Positions 18,366-26,285 of a stretch of DNA of 29,813 bases are shown in pieces. Origin of the DNA: Deltaproteobacteria bacterium (GTDB taxonomy: Bacteria; Desulfobacterota; Desulfobacteria; Desulfobacterales; JAUVVS01); NCBI GenBank assembly GCA_030604545.1, contig JAUVVS010000001.1:1-29813 (forward strand), given 5' to 3'. The notes under the pieces are model-generated. The model did not search any database, was not told the DNA's origin, and was given only the letters and a program-made list of their open reading frames with translations. The first letter of the stretch is position 1; the number at the start of each line of letters is the position of its first letter. The position numbers and the translations under genes were made by a program.

Positions 18366-19319
18366 ATGAGACAGATTAAACTACTTTCCGTTGTTGTCCC
18401 GTGTCATAATGAACAGGAAGTGTTACCGACATCTCACGGGAGATTAACGAAAGTATTACAATATTTAATAGCAAATAACAAAATATCAAATTATGAAGTT
18501 ATTTACGTTGATAACGGCTCGACGGATGATACCTTGCGAGTTTTGAAAGAGATTTTTGAGAATGACCTCCATATAAGAATTGTCGCCTTGAGGCGTGATT
18601 TTGGTTACCAGGGTTCAATTTCCGCTGGTTTGTATCATGCTCAGGGTGATGCGGTTGTCACGATAGATGCAGATCTGCAAGATCCCCCGGAGAAAATTGA
18701 AGAGATGATAAATTATTTTCAGGAGGGATACGATCTGGTTCTCGGTGTACGCGAGGATCGTTCCTCCGATTCTTTCTTAAAGCGAATCTTTTCTGAGGGG
18801 TATTATAAGTTAATAAAACTGATGGGAACTGAAGTTGTCCATAACCATGGAGACTTTCGACTAATGGCAAAATCATTAGTTGAAGAGTTCAATTCCCTTT
18901 CTGAAAGGAATCGTTTTATCAGAGCGATGATCTTGCAACTGGAATCCCATTACGCTCTGGTTTCTTATAAACGTGAAGTGAGAACTGCCGGCAAGTCAAA
19001 GTTTAATTTACGTTCATTGTTCTCACTCAGCCTTGATGGGATAGTATCGTTTAGCTATATGCCGCTTAGATTGGCATCCATGGCTGGTATATTTATGTGT
19101 TTATTTGCGATGGTGGGTGCAATCTGGGTTTTATATGTCAAGATTTCGGCCAACGTCGTTCCGGGTTGGGCTTCTACTTTGTTACCAATTTTTGGTTTGG
19201 GAGGATTTCAACTTCTTATTATGGGTTTAATAGGGGAGTATATTGGTAGATTATACATTGAGGTGAAAAAACGTCCTTTATTTGTTGTGAGGGAGGAATA
19301 TACACATGACGACACATAG
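18366..19319 (+). CDS. GT2 polyprenyl-phosphate glycosyltransferase (GtrB/YfdH-like), second copy
   Basis: SVVVPCHNE, YVDNGSTD, RRDFGYQ, IDADLQDPPE, GDFRLM, ERNRFIR, AGKSKF, two C-terminal TM helices, EYIGR.Y.EVKKRP. Confidence 0.92.
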   Translation: MRQIKLLSVVVPCHNEQEVLPTSHGRLTKVLQYLIANNKISNYEVIYVDNGSTDDTLRVLKEIFENDLHIRIVALRRDFGYQGSISAGLYHAQGDAVVTIDADLQDPPEKIEEMINYFQEGYDLVLGVREDRSSDSFLKRIFSEGYYKLIKLMGTEVVHNHGDFRLMAKSLVEEFNSLSERNRFIRAMILQLESHYALVSYKREVRTAGKSKFNLRSLFSLSLDGIVSFSYMPLRLASMAGIFMCLFAMVGAIWVLYVKISANVVPGWASTLLPIFGLGGFQLLIMGLIGEYIGRLYIEVKKRPLFVVREEYTHDDT

Positions 19320-20106
19320 AAAAGACATTCCTGTTGTTATTTTAGCGGGTGGCTTGGGAACACGGCTCAGGGAACAAACCGAATTCATGCCTAAGCCAAT
19401 GGTGCCGGTTGGAACAAAACCTATCTTATGGCACATTATGAAAATATACTCATATTACGGCTTTAGACGCTTTGTCATTTGTCTCGGATATAAGGGAGAT
19501 ACAATAAAAGACTATTTTTTGAACTATAGATTCAGAAACAGTGACTTTACAATTAATCTGAGTAAACATAACGATATTATTTTCAATAAATCTCACGAGA
19601 TGGATGATTGGCAGGTTACACTCGCAGATACGGGCATGAAAGCTATGACCGGATCGAGGATTAAGCAAATTGAAAAGCTCATTGATACAGACTGTTTTTT
19701 GCTTACATATGGAGATGGGGTAGCTGATGTTGAACTTGACAAGCTCATGAAATTCCACCAGTCCCATGGGAAGATAGCTACAGTGACCGGTGTGAGACCG
19801 CCATCGAGATTTGGTGAACTTCGTATAGAAGAGAATCAAGTCGTTGAATTTGGCGAGAAACCGCAAGTAGAAAGTGACATGATCAATGGCGGTTTTTTTG
19901 TCCTCAATCGAGAAGTATTTGGTTATTTGCGGAAAGACAATGAATGCACATTTGAAAGAGAACCCCTGGAGAAGTTAGCCGAAGATGGTCAGCTCATGGT
20001 TTACCATCATCCCGGGTTCTGGCAGTGCATGGACACACTTCGTGATATGGATCTACTTAATAAATACTGGGAAAACGGCGTTGCTCCCTGGAAAATCTGG
20101 GAATAG
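19306..20106 (+). CDS. rfbF: Glucose-1-phosphate cytidylyltransferase
   Basis: VVILAGGLGTRLREQT...PKPMV..G.KPILWHIMK.Y, DTG..AMTG.R, TYGDG, F.EKP, INGGFFV, GFWQCMDTLRD; RBS GGAGG. Confidence 0.95.
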   Translation: MTTHRKDIPVVILAGGLGTRLREQTEFMPKPMVPVGTKPILWHIMKIYSYYGFRRFVICLGYKGDTIKDYFLNYRFRNSDFTINLSKHNDIIFNKSHEMDDWQVTLADTGMKAMTGSRIKQIEKLIDTDCFLLTYGDGVADVELDKLMKFHQSHGKIATVTGVRPPSRFGELRIEENQVVEFGEKPQVESDMINGGFFVLNREVFGYLRKDNECTFEREPLEKLAEDGQLMVYHHPGFWQCMDTLRDMDLLNKYWENGVAPWKIWE

Positions 20107-20109
20107 GAA

Positions 20110-21072
20110 ATGATGCAATTCCTGAGTGGTAAAAGGGTTTTAGTGACCGGCGCTACTGGATTTATTGGGTCTCACCTTACGAGACGTCTCCACAAAGAGG
20201 GCGCAGAAGTCCATATTCTGATTAGGAAGAATAGCAATAAATTCAGGATTAAGGATATCATTGAAGATATTGTTACCTGGTATGGTGACGTAACCGATTA
20301 TCAATCATTATGTTCTTGTATTAACAATTCTAAACCGCAGATAATCTTCCACCTTGCAACCTTCAGAAATGTTGAAAGGGATGTAAAATTAATTGATTCA
20401 ATGATTGATACAAACGTTAAAGGTACGGTTAATCTTTTAAGATCTGTAATAGATGAAAAGATCGCGCTGGAATGTTTCATTAATACGGGGACCTGTGAGG
20501 AGTATGGTGACGTTTCCGCCCCGTTCCATGAGGATAGAAAAGAGATGCCGGTTTCTCCCTATTCGGCCAGTAAGGTTGCAGCAACATATTTCTGCCAGAT
20601 GATACATAAGACAATGGAATTGCCGATCGTTACACTCAGGCCGTTTCTTTCCTATGGGTCATACCAGGACACGGATATGATGTTTATTCCGTCTCTTATT
20701 AAACACTGCCTTGAAGGGAAGGATTTCCCGATGACCGAGGGCAACCAGACAAGAGAATTCAACTATGTCGATGATATTGTTGATGCATATATACTTACTG
20801 CCGAATGCCAGAATGCAGTTGGAGAAATCATCAATATTGGCAATGGTATTGAATACAAAATTAAAGATGTGGCAGAGCAAATTGTGAAGATGATGGGCAA
20901 TCCCATTCAACTTCTTTTTGGTGCCATACCCAAACGAGCCGGAGAAACGGAGCATTTTTTCTGCAGTAATGACAAGGCAAAAAATTTACTCGGCTGGACA
21001 CCTAAAACAACCCTGGATGTCGGTTTGAGGAAAACAATAGACTGGTATAAAAATAATTCAGGAATTTTTTAA
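20110..21072 (+). CDS. NAD-dependent epimerase/dehydratase family SDR, probable CDP-4-keto-(di)deoxyhexose reductase (paratose-synthase-like)
   Basis: GKRVLVTGATGFIGSHL, FINTGTCEEYG, SPYSASK, LRPF..YG, QTREF.YV.D..DA; directly follows rfbF. Confidence 0.75.
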   Translation: MMQFLSGKRVLVTGATGFIGSHLTRRLHKEGAEVHILIRKNSNKFRIKDIIEDIVTWYGDVTDYQSLCSCINNSKPQIIFHLATFRNVERDVKLIDSMIDTNVKGTVNLLRSVIDEKIALECFINTGTCEEYGDVSAPFHEDRKEMPVSPYSASKVAATYFCQMIHKTMELPIVTLRPFLSYGSYQDTDMMFIPSLIKHCLEGKDFPMTEGNQTREFNYVDDIVDAYILTAECQNAVGEIINIGNGIEYKIKDVAEQIVKMMGNPIQLLFGAIPKRAGETEHFFCSNDKAKNLLGWTPKTTLDVGLRKTIDWYKNNSGIF

Positions 21073-21095
21073 TTCCTGTTCGAGTGGCTAAAACA

Positions 21096-22133
21096 ATGAG
21101 CACTAACAGGTCAAATACGTTGATAATGTTGGTTGATTATAGGAATTTTTTTTATATGTCGGTTCGTCATAAAGATGCCAGCATGGATATCGAAGCATTA
21201 CGTGACTATTTCAACGATGAGGGATGGGAGTTAAATATAAAAAAGTATCCCGAAATTGATTTTAGAAATGAAAATTATCAGGGTAAAATTATTTTGTATC
21301 AATCATCGGAAGATCGAGATCTGTTTTATAAAAGTTATATTGAGGATGTATTGTTAGGTCTTGAACTCCAGGGAGCTATTCTCGTTCCAAAGTTTCATTA
21401 CTTTAGAGCTCATCATAATAAGGTCTTTATGGAGATTTTGCGAGATTTAAATAATCTCGAAGAAATTCACAATGTTAGATCAAAAAGCTATGGAACGTAT
21501 GAAGAATTTGCTCAAGAATTGTCTTTATTTCCATCAGAGTTAGTTTTAAAGCCCTCTGAAGGATGTGGCAGCAGTGGAGTCAGATTGCTAAAGGATGAAT
21601 CTTCAAAAAGAAGATATGCAAGAAGGGTGAGCAGGTCACTTCATCCAATCGATGCACTTAAAAACATTATCAAATATTATGTATGGCATCCTTATTTTAA
21701 AAAGTCGAATAATCGTAGAAAATTTACGATTCAAAATCATATTCCCGATCTACAAAATGATTATAAAATACTTATCTATGGAGATAAATACTATGTATTG
21801 CTCCGCCATAACCGTAAAAACGATTTCAGGGCCAGTGGCAGTGGACTCTTCGAATATAACGAAAATTTACCCGAGGGGTTACTGGATTTTGCCGAGTTAG
21901 TTTTCAATAGTTTTGAAACCCCGTACCTTTCCATAGATGTTGGGTTTAATGGGCACGAATTTTTCCTTATTGAGTTCCAGTGTTTACAGTTTGGAAACTA
22001 TACTTTGGAAAAATCCCCATTCTATTTTGCCAGAGAAGGAGAAAAATGGATAAAAATACAGGAGGAGTCAATTCTGGAAAAGGAATTTGCGAGAAGTGTA
22101 GTTCGATACGTTAATAAATTTATTGTTGCATGA
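21096..22133 (+). CDS. ATP-grasp fold ligase (RimK-like, polysaccharide-locus type)
   Basis: NKVFME, LVLKPSEGCGSSGV.L, IQNHIP.LQNDYKIL, R.NRKNDFRASGSG, YLSIDVG, FLIEFQ. GTG 21084 is an alternative start. Confidence 0.72.
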   Translation: MSTNRSNTLIMLVDYRNFFYMSVRHKDASMDIEALRDYFNDEGWELNIKKYPEIDFRNENYQGKIILYQSSEDRDLFYKSYIEDVLLGLELQGAILVPKFHYFRAHHNKVFMEILRDLNNLEEIHNVRSKSYGTYEEFAQELSLFPSELVLKPSEGCGSSGVRLLKDESSKRRYARRVSRSLHPIDALKNIIKYYVWHPYFKKSNNRRKFTIQNHIPDLQNDYKILIYGDKYYVLLRHNRKNDFRASGSGLFEYNENLPEGLLDFAELVFNSFETPYLSIDVGFNGHEFFLIEFQCLQFGNYTLEKSPFYFAREGEKWIKIQEESILEKEFARSVVRYVNKFIVA

Positions 22134-22176
22134 TAGCATTTTTCGCTAATTATAAGACCACGCGATCGGAAACCAG

Positions 22177-23658
22177 ATGAAAGTAAGTGTCGTAAAAACT
22201 AAAGTGCATTATCCGCCAGCACCATTTCACCCATCAGAACAATATCCTGAATATCCCTATTCCAAAGAGTCAATATCCACTCGAGAAAATCCGGTCTATG
22301 CTGCCGTTCGGAATGCGTTATATTTAATGGATTTGGACAGTGAACATTATGGTACGCCTGATTGGAATCCCTTTGGCGAATTTGTCAAAGAAGGGAGCCG
22401 TATTGTTATTAAACCTAATTTCGTCAATCATTACAATTTATCAATTGATGACCATTCGCATTTTGAGGCTTTGGTGACACAGGCATCGGTAATTCGTCCA
22501 CTTATCGACTATGTGATTATTGCCACTAAAGGAGAGTGTACATTAACAATTGCAGATTTGCCGATCCAGACTGCCGATTTTGATATGATAGTCAAGAGGA
22601 CCGGGCTTGACCAGGTGATTGAATTTGTTCTGGATAAAACTGGTGGGCGAGGAACGATCGGATTGGCTGACTTACGGAACTACCAGCTGATGATAGATCG
22701 ATCAGGAGCTATATTAGGTAGAAAGAAGCAGCCCGGAGATCCCCTGGATTATGCCTTGGTAGATTTAGGGAGTCACAGCAACTTAGTGCCAATAGAGAAA
22801 GATGTCCACTTGTTCCGTGCACCGGATTATAAAAATACTATCACAGTCAAAATGCATTCCAGTGGTGTACATTGGTATAGCTTATCCAGAACAATTCTAA
22901 AATCTGATTTTTTTATCAACGTCCCTAAATTAAAGGTTCATCGTAAGACGGGAGCAACATTAAGTTTAAAAAATGTTGTTGGTACAATTGGAGATAAATC
23001 GTGCTTACCGCATTATCGGGAAGGAGGACCGAACGCTGGTGGCGATGAACAGGCTGTTTCAACACTGATTAACTCATTGCGTGGACGACACTCTTTCACT
23101 TTGCGACGTCTTGGAAGAATTCCCTGGAGACTTATTATCCGTCCAGTGGGACGTGTATTGATGCGACTGAATCAAATGGCTCATAAGGATCAAAATTTAA
23201 TAAATGTTACAGGCGGTGACTGGTATGGCAATGATACAGTGTGGCGTATGGTACATGATATCAACTGCATTCTTTTTCATTCTGATGCTCAGGGGGTTCT
23301 ACACGATAAACCCCAAAGGCAATATCTAACAGTGGTCGATGGTATCATAGGAGGAGAGGGTGAGGGGCCACTCAGCCCAAGTCCGGTGGCTTCCGGGGTA
23401 ATTGTTGCTGGAATCGATCCGCTGGCAGTGGATATTTGCTGTACGCGATTAATGGGATTGGATTGGCGTAAAATTCCGCTGTTTGCCAAATATGATTCAT
23501 TCCAACGTTATACCTTTTCTAATTTCAATGATAATCCAGAACAAATTGAAGTGATTTTATCAGAAAATAATAAAATCATGAAACAACAAATAGATAACAT
23601 ACGTCCAGTACATAGTTTTGAGCCATCTCCGGGTTGGAAGAAGCATATTGAGCTGTAA
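22177..23658 (+). CDS. DUF362 domain-containing protein
   Basis: G.RIVIKPNFV.H, D.FINVPKLKVH.KTG.TLSLKN.VG, W.GNDT.WR, VVDGIIGGEGEGP, G.DPLAVD....LMG. Confidence 0.82.
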   Translation: MKVSVVKTKVHYPPAPFHPSEQYPEYPYSKESISTRENPVYAAVRNALYLMDLDSEHYGTPDWNPFGEFVKEGSRIVIKPNFVNHYNLSIDDHSHFEALVTQASVIRPLIDYVIIATKGECTLTIADLPIQTADFDMIVKRTGLDQVIEFVLDKTGGRGTIGLADLRNYQLMIDRSGAILGRKKQPGDPLDYALVDLGSHSNLVPIEKDVHLFRAPDYKNTITVKMHSSGVHWYSLSRTILKSDFFINVPKLKVHRKTGATLSLKNVVGTIGDKSCLPHYREGGPNAGGDEQAVSTLINSLRGRHSFTLRRLGRIPWRLIIRPVGRVLMRLNQMAHKDQNLINVTGGDWYGNDTVWRMVHDINCILFHSDAQGVLHDKPQRQYLTVVDGIIGGEGEGPLSPSPVASGVIVAGIDPLAVDICCTRLMGLDWRKIPLFAKYDSFQRYTFSNFNDNPEQIEVILSENNKIMKQQIDNIRPVHSFEPSPGWKKHIEL

Positions 23659-23661
23659 AAT

Positions 23662-24846
23662 ATGGTGAATTCCAACGAAAAGATAAGAATAATGCATTTA
23701 AACTCATACATTGGCTATGATGGTCCAAGCAGGGGGATCCTTGGCCAGATAAAGTATATGAACAGGAATAGATTCCAGCCCGTTATCTGCGAAATAAAAT
23801 CAACGAGACATCGGGAACTTATAAAAGTAATTGAAGATATGGGTTGTGAACATGTAAGCTTGTGTAGAAATAAATTCTATGATCTATACATAATCCTGAA
23901 ATTAGTATTGCTTCTCAAGAAGCAGAAAATTGATGTTTTAAACACCCATAATGCCATTGCCTGCTGGTACGGAAACATAGCTGCAAAAATCGCAAATATA
24001 CCCGTTGTGTTTACTCTCAGAAATAATCAGAGAGAGAATTACAAGTTGCTGTTAAAAAAAAGGTATCAGTCTCAAATTGCAATTATGCTTGACAGGTTCA
24101 CAATGAGGGTGGCTGACAAAATTGTTGCGGTATCCCAAAGATTAGAAAAGTTTTATATTGAGAATGAGGGCATACCTAAAGGGAAAATCATTACAATTAA
24201 CAATGCCATAGACTTAGAAACAATAGAACAATTTAAGAAGAATTATGACAGGGAAACCTTTAGAGCTGGAATGGGAATCGGGGGAGATATAACCGTCATA
24301 GGCATAGTCGGTGATCTTGTGGAGCGAAAGGGGCACGCTTGTCTGATCGAAGCCGCGAGAATTATATTAAAAACAAACGATAAGGTTGTCTTTCTAATCG
24401 TAGGAGATGGTCCCTTAAAGGCCGATTTGATTAAAAAAATTAATGATTATTCCATTTCTGATAACTTTGTTTTTACAGGGCATGTAAAGAATGTTTTTCA
24501 TCATGCGGCAGCGATGGACATATTCGTTTTGCCCTCTTTTGCAGAAGGAATTTCACGGGCACTGATGGAATCAATGGCAATGGGATTACCTTCAGTTTGT
24601 AGTCGTATCGATGGAAATTTGGAAGCCGTCAATGATGGTGAAACGGGGTTTATCTTTCCGGTAAACGACCATGAGTCCCTTGCCGATAAATTACTCTCTT
24701 TAATAAGAAATGAAAGGTTGAGAAAAGAAACAGGAGAAAAGGCGCGCGTGAAGGCAAAGGAAAAGTTCGATATGAGAAAGCTGGCGCGCGCGTACGAAGA
24801 GTTGTATATGGAACTGATTAATGAGTATTCCAACAGCAATAATTGA
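23662..24846 (+). CDS. Glycosyltransferase family 4
   Basis: D.LNTH, KIVAVS, I.NAID, G.VG.L..RKGH..LI.A, VGDGPL, D.FVLPS.AEGISRALMESMAMG.P.V (E-x7-E). Confidence 0.92.
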   Translation: MVNSNEKIRIMHLNSYIGYDGPSRGILGQIKYMNRNRFQPVICEIKSTRHRELIKVIEDMGCEHVSLCRNKFYDLYIILKLVLLLKKQKIDVLNTHNAIACWYGNIAAKIANIPVVFTLRNNQRENYKLLLKKRYQSQIAIMLDRFTMRVADKIVAVSQRLEKFYIENEGIPKGKIITINNAIDLETIEQFKKNYDRETFRAGMGIGGDITVIGIVGDLVERKGHACLIEAARIILKTNDKVVFLIVGDGPLKADLIKKINDYSISDNFVFTGHVKNVFHHAAAMDIFVLPSFAEGISRALMESMAMGLPSVCSRIDGNLEAVNDGETGFIFPVNDHESLADKLLSLIRNERLRKETGEKARVKAKEKFDMRKLARAYEELYMELINEYSNSNN

Positions 24847-24891
24847 TGTGACGATTGTTTTTCAAAAAAATATCGGGGGGAATATCGTAAT

Positions 24892-26280
24892 ATGCAGGTG
24901 GCAATAATTGGAGCGGGAATCGCGGGTTTGACATTAGCGAAAAGGCTTTCTGAATATGGCATCAAGACAGTGTTGATAGAACGGGAAAATGCGGTGGGTG
25001 GTTTGGCCCGTAGTTTTAAATATGATAATGGTGCTACCTTTGATATTGGTCCACATCGATTCCACACTGATGATCCCGAGGTTAATCAATTTATAATGGA
25101 AACGCTCGATGAAGACCATATTATCATTGACAGAAACAGCCAGCTATTCCTTTTTGACAAGTATCTCCCATGGCCTTTGACGCCCAAAGGTTTGCTGTCG
25201 TTACCTTTGCACCTGTTCATTCGTTCGGGGATCGACTTGTTCATGAGGCGAAAGGCCCGGACTGAATCTTTTGAGGACTATATCATTGAAAAATATGGTG
25301 GGACCCTGTACCAAGTTTTTTTCAAACCGTATACAGAGAAATTCATGGACTACGAATGTTCCAATCTGCATAAAGATTGGGCTACGACAGGCATCAACCG
25401 GGCCACCATTGACAAAAAAGTTGATACCGGTTCTTTAACTTCCCTGATCAAGTCAGTCCTGTTTGCTGGTGAAGCTGGTACAAAGTTCATTTATCCCAGA
25501 TCTGGGGGCATTGGCACATTTTCAGAGATATTGGCATCTAAAATTGAGAATTGTAATGGTCGCATTCTTTTGTCGACGCAAATAGCAAAATTTGTCTCAA
25601 ATGACCACAAAATTAGTACAATCGTAACCGATGTGGGTGAAGAGATCCCAGTAGAGCATGTATTCTGGTCGGGTTCTCTAATGTCACTCCGTTCGCTGGG
25701 CAACGCCCCGGAATTAGTTCCACGACTTCACTATATGTCCTCTATTTTCTTCAATTATTTAACGACTGCACAAATTGAACAAGGTTTCCAATGGTGTTAC
25801 TTCGGAGGTAAGGGGGCAGAAATAGACCGTGTCAGCGTGCCCCGAAATTTTAATCCGCAGTTGGTGCCTCAAGGGAAAGAGGGATTATGTGTCGAAGTCT
25901 CTTGCAACGAAGATTCGATTACTTGGAAGGATCCCGCGCGTTTGGATTGTATGTTGGAAACGTTTTTACTTCGGACCAACCTGCTCAATTCATTGGATCA
26001 AGTCGAAGACTACCATGTTGAGCATGTGCATGAGACCTATCCGCTGTATGTTTTGAATTATCCTCGCAAATTGAAGGCTATCTTTAATTGGGTCAACACA
26101 ACGTGGTCAAATATAACCCTGATTGGCCGCACAGGGCGGTTCTGGTACAACAATATGGACAACTCAATAGCCGCGTCGCTTCGCACGGCTGGAAGGTTTA
26201 TTAACGATTATAAAGAAGGTGCGTTGCGCCATGGAGACACATATTCAGCAGAAGATAGGTATCTGACAGGTAAAGATTAA
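24892..26280 (+). CDS. FAD-dependent oxidoreductase, NDP-pyranose mutase (UGM/Glf, WbyH)-like; often auto-annotated as protoporphyrinogen oxidase-like
   Basis: IIGAGIAGL FAD motif, ERE..VGGLARS, FDIGPHRFHT, FF.PYTEK, F.YP..GG.G, DRVS.P.NF, YP.Y, GRTGRFWYNNMD.SI. Confidence 0.75.
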   Translation: MQVAIIGAGIAGLTLAKRLSEYGIKTVLIERENAVGGLARSFKYDNGATFDIGPHRFHTDDPEVNQFIMETLDEDHIIIDRNSQLFLFDKYLPWPLTPKGLLSLPLHLFIRSGIDLFMRRKARTESFEDYIIEKYGGTLYQVFFKPYTEKFMDYECSNLHKDWATTGINRATIDKKVDTGSLTSLIKSVLFAGEAGTKFIYPRSGGIGTFSEILASKIENCNGRILLSTQIAKFVSNDHKISTIVTDVGEEIPVEHVFWSGSLMSLRSLGNAPELVPRLHYMSSIFFNYLTTAQIEQGFQWCYFGGKGAEIDRVSVPRNFNPQLVPQGKEGLCVEVSCNEDSITWKDPARLDCMLETFLLRTNLLNSLDQVEDYHVEHVHETYPLYVLNYPRKLKAIFNWVNTTWSNITLIGRTGRFWYNNMDNSIAASLRTAGRFINDYKEGALRHGDTYSAEDRYLTGKD

Positions 26281-26285
26281 CCAAT

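Noticed and set aside
24892-26280. Assignment as protoporphyrinogen oxidase HemY
   Set aside because: No heme genes in context, and UGM-type GPH.FHT and GR...Y..MD motifs are present.
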